Assembly: GCA_036377095.1 (NCBI GenBank)
Contig: DASUZC010000014.1
Coordinates: 2,544-66,543, forward strand
DNA length: 64,000 nucleotides
DNA from: Gemmatimonadaceae bacterium
Lineage (GTDB): Bacteria; Gemmatimonadota; Gemmatimonadetes; Gemmatimonadales; Gemmatimonadaceae
Direction: 5' to 3'
Shown: positions 49,180 through 58,932 of the stretch, piece after piece
Numbering within the stretch: position 1 is the first letter of the stretch
How the letters are laid out: each line of letters begins with the position of its first letter
Notes under the pieces: model-generated
Databases searched by the model: none
Seen by the model: the letters and a program-made list of their open reading frames with translations, nothing else
Told to the model about the DNA's origin: nothing
Made by a program: the position numbers and the translations under genes

Positions 49180-50067
49180 TTAATTCGGGACTCTCATCAG
49201 CTCTAGCAATCGCTCAAGATCATCAGCCGAGTAAAAATGCACTGTAAGTGTGCCGCGGTTTCCGGATGTCACCTTTACCGCAACGTCGGTCTGTAAGTAT
49301 TGTCGCAATCTGTTCTCGATTACGCGGACTTCAGCCGGCTGGCTATCGATTGCTCGAGGGCGACCTGTTTTTTTCCTGGTGGGGGTCGCAACGGATCGCA
49401 TCCGACGCTCGACCTCGCGTACGGTGAGGCCCTCGCGCACGATCTCCTCTGCGAACGTGACGATTTTGACTTCTTCGTCGAGTCCGAGGAGAACCTTTGC
49501 ATGGCCCATGGAGAGGTGACCTTCCTGCAGCAGGTCCCTTACGATCTCGGGCAGTTGAAGTAAGCGCAGCACGTTCGCGATGGTCGTGCGGTCCTTCCCG
49601 ACCGTGTCAGCGATTTGTTGCTGAGTAAGTGAGAAATCATGGGCGAGCTGGCGATAACCTTCGCCCTCCTCGATTGGATTGAGATCTGTGCGCTGGAGAT
49701 TCTCGATCAACGCGAGTGTCAGGAGTGTCCTGTCGTCGATCTCCTTTATGATTGCCGGGATTTCGCGCCAGCCGAGTGCTCTTGCAGCGCGGAGCCGTCG
49801 TTCACCAGCTATCAATTCGAAACCGTCTTTGCCCGGACGGCGACGCACAGTAATCGGCTGAAGCAGGCCGCTGGCCTTCAGGCTTTCCTGCAGCTCGGCC
49901 AGATCCTCGCTTTTGAATTCGCGCCGAGGTTGGAATGGGTTGCGGGTAATCTGTGCGACGGGAATCGATTTGAGCGCGCCCTCATCGCTGGTGGCGAGTC
50001 CAGTCGCGCTGCCCAGGAGGGCTTCGAGGCCGCGACCCAATCGGCGTGGGGTTTTCTCAGTGGCCAC
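49180..50067 (-). CDS. parB: Chromosome partitioning protein ParB
   Basis: LGRGL, NPFQPR, GLLQPI, AGERR, ENLQR.DL. Confidence 0.96.
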   Translation of the reverse strand: MATEKTPRRLGRGLEALLGSATGLATSDEGALKSIPVAQITRNPFQPRREFKSEDLAELQESLKASGLLQPITVRRRPGKDGFELIAGERRLRAARALGWREIPAIIKEIDDRTLLTLALIENLQRTDLNPIEEGEGYRQLAHDFSLTQQQIADTVGKDRTTIANVLRLLQLPEIVRDLLQEGHLSMGHAKVLLGLDEEVKIVTFAEEIVREGLTVREVERRMRSVATPTRKKTGRPRAIDSQPAEVRVIENRLRQYLQTDVAVKVTSGNRGTLTVHFYSADDLERLLELMRVPN

Positions 50068-50845
50068 CGTTATCTCCTTGTGCAGTCCGTTCGATCAATT
50101 CTTTGGCGACGTTCATGTAGGCCTGGGCACCGACAGAGGTGACGTCATACAGGATGATCGGTTTGCCGAAGCTTGGCGCTTCAGCGAGTCGAACATTCCT
50201 TGGCACGACGCTGTTGAAAACCTTGGCGCCGAAGTATTCCCTGGCGTCGTCGGCAACCTGACGAGACAGGTTGAGCCGCGAGTCGTACATGGTGAGCAGC
50301 ACGCCCTCGATGCCGAGTTTTTCGTTGGCACTGTGCTGAACCCGGTGTACGGTGTTGAGAAGTTGAGAAAGGCCTTCGAGCGCGTAGTACTCGCACTGCA
50401 AAGGAATCAGCAACGCGTCAGCCGCCACCAACATGTTGATGGTGATCAACCCAAGGGACGGCGGACAATCGATAATGATGTAGCTGTAGTCGTCGCGGAG
50501 GGAATCGACAGCTCCCTGCATGACGTGATCACGGTCCGATTTATCTACGAGTTCGACTTCTGCAGCAGCGAGATCTGGTGTTGCTCCCACGACATCGAGC
50601 TTATCGAATTGCACTCCCTCCTGTCGTGAGGAGCGAAGATCGGAATTTCCGACCAGGACATCGTAGAGGGTGAGGGGAACCTGTTCCTTCTGCAGGCCAA
50701 CGCCACTAGTGGCATTACCCTGCGGATCCGCGTCGACGAGCAGTGTCCGTTGCTCCGCTGCAGCGAGGCTGGCAGCGAGGTTAACCGCAGTGGTGGTTTT
50801 TCCGACGCCACCTTTCTGGTTGGCGATCGCGATGATTCGCGCCAC
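50057..50845 (-). CDS. parA: Chromosome partitioning ATPase ParA/Soj
   Basis: NQKGGVGKTT, DPQGNA, DCPPSLG, QCEYYALEG, EAPS.G. Confidence 0.97.
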   Translation of the reverse strand: MARIIAIANQKGGVGKTTTAVNLAASLAAAEQRTLLVDADPQGNATSGVGLQKEQVPLTLYDVLVGNSDLRSSRQEGVQFDKLDVVGATPDLAAAEVELVDKSDRDHVMQGAVDSLRDDYSYIIIDCPPSLGLITINMLVAADALLIPLQCEYYALEGLSQLLNTVHRVQHSANEKLGIEGVLLTMYDSRLNLSRQVADDAREYFGAKVFNSVVPRNVRLAEAPSFGKPIILYDVTSVGAQAYMNVAKELIERTAQGDNGGH

Positions 50846-50897
50846 GTGCTTTTGGGAAGGGTTGGAGATGCACGCAATCTACCGGCAGGCGATAGCG

Positions 50898-50938
50898 GTT
50901 TCCACGTGGAACGCCGATTTAGTGTTCCACGTGGAAAC
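50898..50938. promoter_or_regulatory. Two parS sites
   Basis: GTTTCCACGTGGAACG (50898-50913) and TGTTCCACGTGGAAAC (50923-50938), matching TGTTNCACGTGAAACA, just upstream of parA. Confidence 0.9.
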
Positions 50939-50959
50939 TAGCTCAACAGTATGCTGTGA

Positions 50960-51682
50960 TTAACGAGCCCCTACGAATCTCCAGCGAGTCACCACTTCGA
51001 CGGAGAGCGTCTCCTCACCTGGATTGATCGGTGTATCTGCCTGTGCAACGCCTGCTGCCCGCGACATCATCATTGGTCGTGGCTGAGGTGGATTGAACGG
51101 GACGACGTTGATCTCGAGGAGAGGACCGAGCGAGCCACCCGCAGCTCGTGCAGCAGCCTCAGCATCGGCACGTGCTGTCTCGATCGCACTGGCAATCGCG
51201 GTTCGTCGTGCTGTCTGGGTATTTGAGGAATAGAACTGAAGCGAGTTGATCATGTTCGCGCCGTGACCCAGTGCAGCATCGATCACACGCCCCACCTGAT
51301 CAAGGCGACGGATGTCGGCGACAATGGTGTTGGTCACATTGTAGGCAACGATGACCGGATCCTTCCCCTGCTCATAACGCTGCTCCGGGTAGACCTGGTA
51401 GTTAATCGTGGAAAGCTGATCGTTGGTTAGACCCAGCGCTCTCAACGCCGAGAGAACTGCCTGCTGCTTGACGGCATTCTGGGAAGCGGCTTCTGACGCG
51501 GTGGCAGCTCTTGTCTGAACCGCGATTTGAATCGTCGCGCGGTCGGGCGAAACCTTGACCTCTCCGTGGCCGGCCACAACAATTTGGGGCACTTGGGGCC
51601 CAAATGGCGCTATACTGTCCTGACCATGTGCCATGACTGGCGCGCAAAGGAGTGCAAATGCGCTCAAAAGCCGAAATTTCAT
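50960..51682 (-). CDS. SIMPL/YggE (DUF541) domain exported protein
   Basis: Signal peptide MKFRLL...; V.G.GEV...PD.A, GAN.I, PINPGE. Confidence 0.9.
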   Translation of the reverse strand: MKFRLLSAFALLCAPVMAHGQDSIAPFGPQVPQIVVAGHGEVKVSPDRATIQIAVQTRAATASEAASQNAVKQQAVLSALRALGLTNDQLSTINYQVYPEQRYEQGKDPVIVAYNVTNTIVADIRRLDQVGRVIDAALGHGANMINSLQFYSSNTQTARRTAIASAIETARADAEAAARAAGGSLGPLLEINVVPFNPPQPRPMMMSRAAGVAQADTPINPGEETLSVEVVTRWRFVGAR

Positions 51683-51756
51683 GTCCGTTTCCTGTTGATG
51701 TTGAATGCTGAAAGCCACTATTGAGCAAGACGCTCTACCGATCGCTGCTTGCACAG

Positions 51757-52737
51757 CTACGCTGAATAAACTGGCTCGATCTCGTGAATTCGATCCAGGT
51801 TCATGCCGATGATTCCCTCGCTCTCGTCCCGTACAAACATGTTCGCGAATTTCGCACCCCACACGATCTCGTCTGCCTGATACGATGATCGCGAATGCAC
51901 TGTCTGCGAAATCGTTTCATCTGTTGCGATCAGCAACACGAGGAGCTCGGCGTCTGCGTTGACCAGATCCGTCTGGGTCAACCCCCACATAGGACTGTCG
52001 GCGTCGATTGGATGAACCACGGTCCAACTGAGTGGAAAGAACACCACGCGCTGACGTTCGAGCGGCAGCTCGTGGAATCTTCTCACCGGTGAACCGTTCG
52101 GTGTCGCCTCGATCTTCGTCAGTATCACCTGCACCTGGACGTCGATCAATTGACTGCTGCGCGCGTTGGCGATTCGAAACTCGAGAGCGGTACGCCCGCG
52201 ATACGGTGCAACGACCGCAGTGCGACTGTAGATGATTCTTGCCGAAGGGCGTGAGAAGCGGGCGAACATCACCCCAGTGGCTAGAGCTACGCCCACGATG
52301 TTCAGCAGCGCCTGGATGGTAACGAGAGTATTAGCCGCTACACCAACCGGGTAGATGTTGCCATATCCGATCGTAGCAAAGGTGTCGACGCTGAAAAAGA
52401 AAGCGCGATAAAAGGGCTCGTTTGCAAATAGGTTGTCCGGTGAGCGCAGCGCATCCGGGCCGCACAACAGATATGCGCCGGCGAATACAGCGTTGATTGC
52501 GATGTACGCGACGGAAATGAACAGCAGAAACTGCGGCCACGAAATTCTCAGCAGCCACTGGTACAGCCCAAGCGATGACAGAGGATTGAGACCCTCGAGT
52601 GTGACGTTGAAGCTGCCGTCACGATTCAAGAGTCGTCGTCTCGTACCCCGGGCTACTTCGGTGCCGAAGCCGAGGTCTCTGAATTCGTCCTTTGGCTCGG
52701 TCTGTGGCGGTGGTTGCGCGTCTAGCGATGTGGACAT
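51757..52737 (-). CDS. KirBac-type inward rectifier potassium channel
   Basis: FFFSVDTFATIGYG filter, FARFSRP, SWTVVHPID..SP, F..M. Confidence 0.93.
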   Translation of the reverse strand: MSTSLDAQPPPQTEPKDEFRDLGFGTEVARGTRRRLLNRDGSFNVTLEGLNPLSSLGLYQWLLRISWPQFLLFISVAYIAINAVFAGAYLLCGPDALRSPDNLFANEPFYRAFFFSVDTFATIGYGNIYPVGVAANTLVTIQALLNIVGVALATGVMFARFSRPSARIIYSRTAVVAPYRGRTALEFRIANARSSQLIDVQVQVILTKIEATPNGSPVRRFHELPLERQRVVFFPLSWTVVHPIDADSPMWGLTQTDLVNADAELLVLLIATDETISQTVHSRSSYQADEIVWGAKFANMFVRDESEGIIGMNLDRIHEIEPVYSA

Positions 52738-52815
52738 GCCAGTGATGCGTGCTGCCCGTCGCGATGAGTTGCAGACAAAATGGCTACGAGAATCGGGTAA
52801 AGCTACATTCGTCCG

Positions 52816-53709
52816 ATGGAATCCACGGACAAATCGATCGGCCGCGCGGTTCTGCTGATTGTGATATCAGCGTTGAGTTTCGGATCGATCTCCGTGCTGA
52901 CGGTGCTGATAACCGGAGCACGTGTGCCGCTTGTGACAGCCATGGCGTGGAGATACTTACTCGCCGGCGTGATCCTCGCTTTTGCAGTAAGGCCTCTCCC
53001 TTCCCGCACGACTACTCGCCGCAAGGTTGCGCAGCTGATGTTGATCGGAGGTTGCGGGCAAGCGCTCATCACCTATCTCAGTCTCCACGCTCTCGAGTAC
53101 ATACCGGTCGGACCGCTCGCTTTCCTGTTTTACACGTATCCGGCGTGGGTGGCTTTGCTGGCGGCGATTCGCCGAACTGAAAAACTCAGTACGGTGCGCG
53201 TTGCCGCGCTGACGCTGGCACTGCTGGGAGTCACTATCATGGTCGGTGCACCCAGAGAAAAGCTCAACGCACTCGGAGTGACGCTCGCCCTGGCGTCGGC
53301 GATTCTCTACTCCATCTATTTGCCGGCGCTCGAGCAGGTTCAGCGTGGAGTGCCAGCATACGTCGCGACTTTCTTCCTCGTCGCGGGAGCGGCGATCGTG
53401 TTCGTCGTCGCTGCCTTCTTCGCCCATGAGCTTTACGTTCCGCAGAGCATCCAGGTATGGACGAACATAACTCTGCTTGCCGTTGTCTCCACCGTAGTAG
53501 CGTTCTCGGCGTTGATCAAAGGCGTGGCGGTGCTGGGTCCGGTGCGAACGTCAATCATCGCTACCGTCGAACCGTTCTTCACGGCCATTCTGGGTGTAGT
53601 GGTGCTCGGCAACCGCTTCACCGTGTCAACACTGGTTGGTGGAGTTCTGATCGGAGCGGCGATACTGATGATCGAGTGGAGCGCCGGACGCGAAGGAGCT
53701 ATCGCGTAG
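52816..53709 (+). CDS. DMT/EamA family transporter
   Basis: About 10 TM helices; FYTYP; ATVEP. Confidence 0.9.
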   Translation: MESTDKSIGRAVLLIVISALSFGSISVLTVLITGARVPLVTAMAWRYLLAGVILAFAVRPLPSRTTTRRKVAQLMLIGGCGQALITYLSLHALEYIPVGPLAFLFYTYPAWVALLAAIRRTEKLSTVRVAALTLALLGVTIMVGAPREKLNALGVTLALASAILYSIYLPALEQVQRGVPAYVATFFLVAGAAIVFVVAAFFAHELYVPQSIQVWTNITLLAVVSTVVAFSALIKGVAVLGPVRTSIIATVEPFFTAILGVVVLGNRFTVSTLVGGVLIGAAILMIEWSAGREGAIA

Positions 53710-55630
53710 CCGCCATCCGCCGGCGCCGTTCCACTTCAATCACGAGATTCTGCAAATCGCTGGGACTCACCCCGGGTATGCGTGATGCCTGCGCCAGAGA
53801 TTGAGGCTTGACCCTGGCGAGCTTCTGCCGCGCCTCGAATGACAGCGATTGCATTTCCTCGTACTCGAGATCGGGATCAAGCACGAAGTCGCCCATGCGG
53901 CGCATGCGATCGGCCTGTGCTCGCTCACGCTCGAAATAGCCCGCGTACTTGATCTCCAGATCTGCGGTGACCAACGCTTCGGTACTCAGGTCGGCGCCGA
54001 CGCCGACGGCATTCAGCAGCTCGCGCAGAGAAGTCTCCTGCCGCCTGGCAACCTCGACAATCCTCAGTGGATGGACGAGAGGAGCACTGCCTGCTTCAAC
54101 GAGGATTGCCGCTGCTTCATCCGGCCGGATGCTCGTCGTCTCGGCGAGTCTCAGTGCTTCATTCTCGCCGGCAATGCGCTGCGCGATCACGTCGCGCTCG
54201 CTGTCGTCAAATACACCAAGCCTGATGCCAATCGGGCCCAGTCGTCTGAGCGCATTGTCCTGCCGAACGGTGAGGCGGAACTCCGACCGTGACGTGAAAA
54301 GACGGTAGGGCTCGTCGACACCGCGGGTGACCAGATCGTCGATCAGCACGCCGATATAGGATGTCTCGCGGCCAAGCACTAGCGGCGCGCGATCCTGCGT
54401 CGCCAGCGCAGCGTTCATTCCTGCAACCAGTCCTTGCCCGGCTGCTTCCTCGTAACCCGTGGTGCCGTTGATCTGACCGGCGAAGTAAAGGCCCGGCACC
54501 GATTTTACCTGGAGAGACGAGTCGAGCTGAGTGGGCGGGTAATAGTCGTATTCAATCGCGTACCCAGCGCGGTTCATGCGCACGTCGGCGAGACCGCGCA
54601 CCGATCGAAGGATTTCCAGTTGTACCGTGGCCGGTAGCGACGTTGACAACCCGTTCACGTAAAGCTCGCTCGTGTCGTGGCCCTCCGGCTCCAGGAAAAG
54701 CTGATGCCTTTCTGCTGCCGGGAACTTCACGATCTTGTCTTCGACCGACGGGCAGTATCGCGGACCACGCGAGGATATCGCTCCGCCGTACATCGCCGAC
54801 TTTGCGATGTTGTCAGCGATGATTTGTTTTCCTTCTGCCTCGAGAAAAGTGATCCAGCACGGTAGCTGAGGCGGATGCCGCGTCAGGCTGCCATGTGCGC
54901 GCTCGTCCGGCCAGAAATGCGACCACGAATAATCGAACTGCTCGATCTCGCTCTCCTGGATTTCCAGCTGATTGAAATCGACAGACCGACCATCGATGCG
55001 CGGCGGTGTACCCGTCTTGAAGCGAGCTACTGTCAGGCCTGCGCTCTCGAGTTGTTCCGCAAGGTGCGTCGTGGCCGACTCGCCTGCCCTGCCACCTGAG
55101 ATGTGGGTGTCGGTACCGATGTGAATGCGGCCGCGCAGAAACGTCCCGGTGGTAATTACAACACTGCGGGCGCCGAACTTTCTGCCTTCCAGAGTTTCCA
55201 CTCCCGCAAGTCGATCTTCGGTGCCCGCGAAAATCAATCGTGCAACAGTACCCTGAATCGTTTGCAGATTTGGTTGCCGCTCGAGCAGCGATCTCACGGA
55301 TCGACGATACAGTCCTCTATCGCACTGCGCACGGGGAGCCCACACTGCCGGACCCTTACTGCGGTTGAGCATGCGAAACTGGATCATCGCGAGGTCAGTT
55401 GCCTTGCCCATTATTCCGCCGAGGGCGTCGACCTCGCGTACAACTGTGCCTTTTGCCACACCGCCGATAGCAGGGTTGCACGACATCTGCCCAATGGTCT
55501 CCAGCGCACTGGTAATCAGCCCGACACGTGCGCCGAGCCGAGCTGCAGCCACCGCGGCCTCAGTGCCCGCGTGGCCAGCGCCGACGACGATTACGTCGAA
55601 TTCAGTCTCGAAGCGTGGGAGTACAACCAT
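53699..55630 (-). CDS. mnmG: tRNA uridine-5-carboxymethylaminomethyl synthesis enzyme MnmG/GidA
   Basis: GAGHAG.EAA, MSCNPAIGG, KTGTPPR, PRYCPS, AGQINGTTGYEEA. Confidence 0.98.
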   Translation of the reverse strand: MVVLPRFETEFDVIVVGAGHAGTEAAVAAARLGARVGLITSALETIGQMSCNPAIGGVAKGTVVREVDALGGIMGKATDLAMIQFRMLNRSKGPAVWAPRAQCDRGLYRRSVRSLLERQPNLQTIQGTVARLIFAGTEDRLAGVETLEGRKFGARSVVITTGTFLRGRIHIGTDTHISGGRAGESATTHLAEQLESAGLTVARFKTGTPPRIDGRSVDFNQLEIQESEIEQFDYSWSHFWPDERAHGSLTRHPPQLPCWITFLEAEGKQIIADNIAKSAMYGGAISSRGPRYCPSVEDKIVKFPAAERHQLFLEPEGHDTSELYVNGLSTSLPATVQLEILRSVRGLADVRMNRAGYAIEYDYYPPTQLDSSLQVKSVPGLYFAGQINGTTGYEEAAGQGLVAGMNAALATQDRAPLVLGRETSYIGVLIDDLVTRGVDEPYRLFTSRSEFRLTVRQDNALRRLGPIGIRLGVFDDSERDVIAQRIAGENEALRLAETTSIRPDEAAAILVEAGSAPLVHPLRIVEVARRQETSLRELLNAVGVGADLSTEALVTADLEIKYAGYFERERAQADRMRRMGDFVLDPDLEYEEMQSLSFEARQKLARVKPQSLAQASRIPGVSPSDLQNLVIEVERRRRMAATR

Positions 55631-55753
55631 AGATTAAAGATACAACGCGTTTGCTGGAGTTCTCTGCGCTATCCAAGACAGCGTAGGTGATATTCTCCAG
55701 GTGGCCGAAGAAAAATCCCAAGCTGCACAGTTAGTACCTTATCGAACCTAATA

Positions 55754-56053
55754 ATGCCAATCGAGCTCGCGCATACCCAAGGCAGCATTCTGATTCGTCG
55801 TAGCGCGTTCGAGCGAGCGAATCTGTCGCGATCAGTGATCGATGAGAGGTACAATCTCACTGATGAGGAGTTTCATGTCGAAGAGGATCTCGTCGCTATT
55901 GGTCCGCTGCCGTCGGAGGACATGATTCCGCGAATGATCGACGACCTGGAGAACAGCGGCCTGACGTATTTCGATGATTTCTTCGACTTGAGCGGAAACT
56001 GGCCTGATTGGCTGTCTATCTACGTGCGTGCCCGCGAGCGTAACCCGCGCTAG
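55754..56053 (+). CDS. Small acidic hypothetical protein (99 aa)
   Basis: Clean ORF filling the gap; GL.YFDDFF...WPDWL. Confidence 0.7.
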   Translation: MPIELAHTQGSILIRRSAFERANLSRSVIDERYNLTDEEFHVEEDLVAIGPLPSEDMIPRMIDDLENSGLTYFDDFFDLSGNWPDWLSIYVRARERNPR

Positions 56054-56583
56054 AGTCGCTGCTCAACTACTGCCCACTCCTCGACTAGCGCGACGCCGTT
56101 CTCGATGCGGTCGATTACGACGTCAACACCGGCCGGAAGCTGCTTGCCGCTGATGGGAAGAGCCGGAATTCTTACCTTCTTGCCAAAAGCCTCGTAGCTG
56201 ATCTCTCCGGAACTATCCGGCTTGATGTCGCGCGTCACGACTGCCAGCTGTCCCTGAATCTCGTGCTCGTCAGTGGCGGTGTTAGCAGCACCACGAAGAG
56301 CCCACCTCGCCAGCAAGGTGATCATTCCGCTCACGGTCGCAGCACCGGCTCCGCCGGCAATCAGCAAGACTGCCCAGGCAGGTAAATGCGTTCGGGTGGC
56401 GAGCGGATAGCCGACGACTCCGAAGCCAAACCCGAACGCAGCATAGGAGGGCAGGTTGAAAAATGGCGAAGGAGCCCGTGTGCGGTTGGGTCGCGTGTAT
56501 TCGACGCCGTGCAACATCGCGATCACCGCCAGCACGAGGCTGGCGATGAGCGCGACGAGAAAAACAACGCTTAGTGCGGTCAA
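56050..56583 (-). CDS. NfeD-like membrane protein (3 TM plus C-terminal OB fold)
   Basis: FG.GFG..G TM helices; G..A.V...I....GEI...LP.G..V.I....GVA.V. Confidence 0.75.
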   Translation of the reverse strand: MTALSVVFLVALIASLVLAVIAMLHGVEYTRPNRTRAPSPFFNLPSYAAFGFGFGVVGYPLATRTHLPAWAVLLIAGGAGAATVSGMITLLARWALRGAANTATDEHEIQGQLAVVTRDIKPDSSGEISYEAFGKKVRIPALPISGKQLPAGVDVVIDRIENGVALVEEWAVVEQRL

Positions 56584-56616
56584 ACTCGAAAGAATTTTGG
56601 CATTACGCGATCGGTT

Positions 56617-57507
56617 CTAGGACTCGAGGTACTTCCTGAACCACGCAATGGTTGCGGGCCACGCCGCTTTGGTTGCGTTCATGTTGGCGCCATCCATTCC
56701 CGTCTGTTGCCTGAGAAAACCATGTCCAGCGCCGGGGTAAATATTGGGGGCGTAGGTTCGGCCCAAGGCCTTGAGCGCCGAATCTGCGGGCGGGATTGTC
56801 GCGTCGACGCGCGCGTCATTTCCCGCGTAGAGACCGAGGACTGGCGCGCGGACCGAGGCAAGGTCGCTCGTTTTGGGAGACACGCCGTAGTAGACGACCG
56901 ATGCGCCGAGGGCTGGCGAGTGTACGGCGTGCGCGAATGACACTCCTCCACCCCAGCAGAATCCGACGATTCCATACTTCTGTTGTGCGGCCGGCAGTGA
57001 CATCCCGTAGTGCGCAACTGCGTCAAGCTGTTGCTGAACCCAGTTTGGATCGAGGGTCCTGATTGCCGCTGTGGCGAGCGGTGCGACGACACTGTCCGGG
57101 CCCTGCGGAAGATTCTTCATCGTCAACAGGTCCGGTGCGATCGCGATGAATCCGTCCGCCGCCAACTGATCCGCGACGCCACGTACCCAGGAGGACAACC
57201 CGAATATCTCGTGCACGACGAGCACGACCGGCGCTTTGGTGCTTCGCTCCGGGTACACGACCCAGGCGCGAACGCTGTCACCGGTTCCGGTGTGTATCAT
57301 CGCCCACTCTCCATGACGCGGCGATGAGCTGAGCCTTGCCGGGGCGCCGGCGGCGTCGGCTGGCAGTGCCGCGGATTGCGGTGCCGCTGTCGCCACGGTC
57401 GTAGCAGCGTGGTCATGCGTATCGGCAGCAGGCACGACCTTATTGGTTGTACAAGCAGCCGTCATTGAAAGAACCAAAGCAACCGTGGACGTGGTGTAGT
57501 TTCGCAT
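56617..57507 (-). CDS. Dienelactone hydrolase family lipoprotein
   Basis: HEIFG, GFCWGG, YYG, GAGHGF; start MRNY...TAAC. Confidence 0.92.
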   Translation of the reverse strand: MRNYTTSTVALVLSMTAACTTNKVVPAADTHDHAATTVATAAPQSAALPADAAGAPARLSSSPRHGEWAMIHTGTGDSVRAWVVYPERSTKAPVVLVVHEIFGLSSWVRGVADQLAADGFIAIAPDLLTMKNLPQGPDSVVAPLATAAIRTLDPNWVQQQLDAVAHYGMSLPAAQQKYGIVGFCWGGGVSFAHAVHSPALGASVVYYGVSPKTSDLASVRAPVLGLYAGNDARVDATIPPADSALKALGRTYAPNIYPGAGHGFLRQQTGMDGANMNATKAAWPATIAWFRKYLES

Positions 57508-57508
57508 G

Positions 57509-58531
57509 TCAGCGACTCCCGTGATTTGCAGCTGCCTGCAGTTGTGAAGGTTCAGCAAACGCATTGGCAAAGAATTCTCCGACGCGATACTCGGCATAAT
57601 AAAATGGCCGCCACGGTCTCGAGCCAGCGACAAATCCGGCGTGGCCTCCCCTCGCCGGAAACTCGAGACAGAGCGCGGGATTCCGATCCGCGACGCTCCG
57701 GACTTCGGTCAGCACTTCCGGTGGCAGCATTGGATCATCGATCGCGCTTAAAAGTAGCGTTTTGAGTCTAATTCGCTCGAGAAAGGACAACGAGCTGGAC
57801 CGCTGATAGTAGTCCTGCGCATCCCTGAAGCCATGCAGCGGGCCGGTAATCAGATCGTCGAAGCCCTCGAGGGTTCTCAATGCGCGAATTCGCTCCACCG
57901 GCGCCAGATCAGGGTAGCGGTTGGCCTTTTGCAGGGCCTTGCGGACGAGTGATCCCAGAAAGAAACGCTGGTAAACGCGTGAGAACCCCTTGTTGATCCG
58001 CGTCGACGATCGAGCGAGGTCGAATGGGACCGACACTGCAGCGGCTGCCCGGACTTGAAGTGGCAACCTGCTGCCGCGCTCACCCAGGAACTTGAGCAGC
58101 ACATTCCCGCCCAGGGAAACGCCCGCCAGTGCGAGCGGCGAGCTGGAGTACTCCCGGGTAACTCTGTCGAGTACGAACGATAAATCTTCCGTCTCGCCAG
58201 AGTGATAGAAGCGCCGGGCCCGGTTTAGCTCAGGTCCGCAGGACCGGAAAATCAGGAGGTCCGCACCCCAACCACGGCGAGCTGCTTCGTTCAGCAAACC
58301 CTGTGCATAATGTGAGCGGATGGTTCCTTCGAGTCCGTGCAGCAATAGAACCCGCGGTCTGCCCGGCGCGCTGTCGATTCGGTGAAGCTCCAGAAAATCG
58401 CCATCCGGAGTCTCCCATCGTTCGAGCCGAGTTGGCGCAGGCGCCTGCCGGCGAAAGAATTTCCCCCACAATGTTTGCAGGTGGCCACCGGGAATCCACC
58501 ACGCGGGCGAATAGATTATGTCAGCGCTCAT
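57509..58531 (-). CDS. YheT-like alpha/beta hydrolase
   Basis: GHLQT, HGLEG, FYHSG, GVSLGG, DDP, GGH.GF. Confidence 0.92.
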   Translation of the reverse strand: MSADIIYSPAWWIPGGHLQTLWGKFFRRQAPAPTRLERWETPDGDFLELHRIDSAPGRPRVLLLHGLEGTIRSHYAQGLLNEAARRGWGADLLIFRSCGPELNRARRFYHSGETEDLSFVLDRVTREYSSSPLALAGVSLGGNVLLKFLGERGSRLPLQVRAAAAVSVPFDLARSSTRINKGFSRVYQRFFLGSLVRKALQKANRYPDLAPVERIRALRTLEGFDDLITGPLHGFRDAQDYYQRSSSLSFLERIRLKTLLLSAIDDPMLPPEVLTEVRSVADRNPALCLEFPARGGHAGFVAGSRPWRPFYYAEYRVGEFFANAFAEPSQLQAAANHGSR

Positions 58532-58581
58532 TAATGGATTCTGTCAGATCTATCCACCGTCCTTAGCGACCACGACCAAAC

Positions 58582-58932
58582 TTGGAAGTGCAAATATTCG
58601 GTATCAAAAAAAGTGCTGACACACGGAAGGCGCTCCGGTTTTTCTCCGAGAGACGAATTAAAACGCATTTCGTCGATCTACTGGAGCGGCCGGCAGCGCT
58701 TGGCGAACTACGTCGCTTCGCCCAGAAGTTTGGTGTGATGGCCCTTATCGATCGGGATTCAAAACGCTTCGATGAGCTCGGGCTCCGCTATGCGCAACTT
58801 TCGGACGAACGCTGGCTCGAGAAGCTGTCCGAAGAACCGCTACTTCTGCGGATTCCGCTTGTCCGCAATGGCAACCAGGTACTGATCGGAGCCGACGAAT
58901 CAATTCTGCGCAGCTGGATGGAGACCCGGTGA
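58582..58932 (+). CDS. ArsC/Spx/YffB-family protein lacking cysteines
   Basis: QIFG.K...TRKA.RFF, P.LLR.PLV; stop overlaps the serA start (GTGA). Confidence 0.82.
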   Translation: MEVQIFGIKKSADTRKALRFFSERRIKTHFVDLLERPAALGELRRFAQKFGVMALIDRDSKRFDELGLRYAQLSDERWLEKLSEEPLLLRIPLVRNGNQVLIGADESILRSWMETR

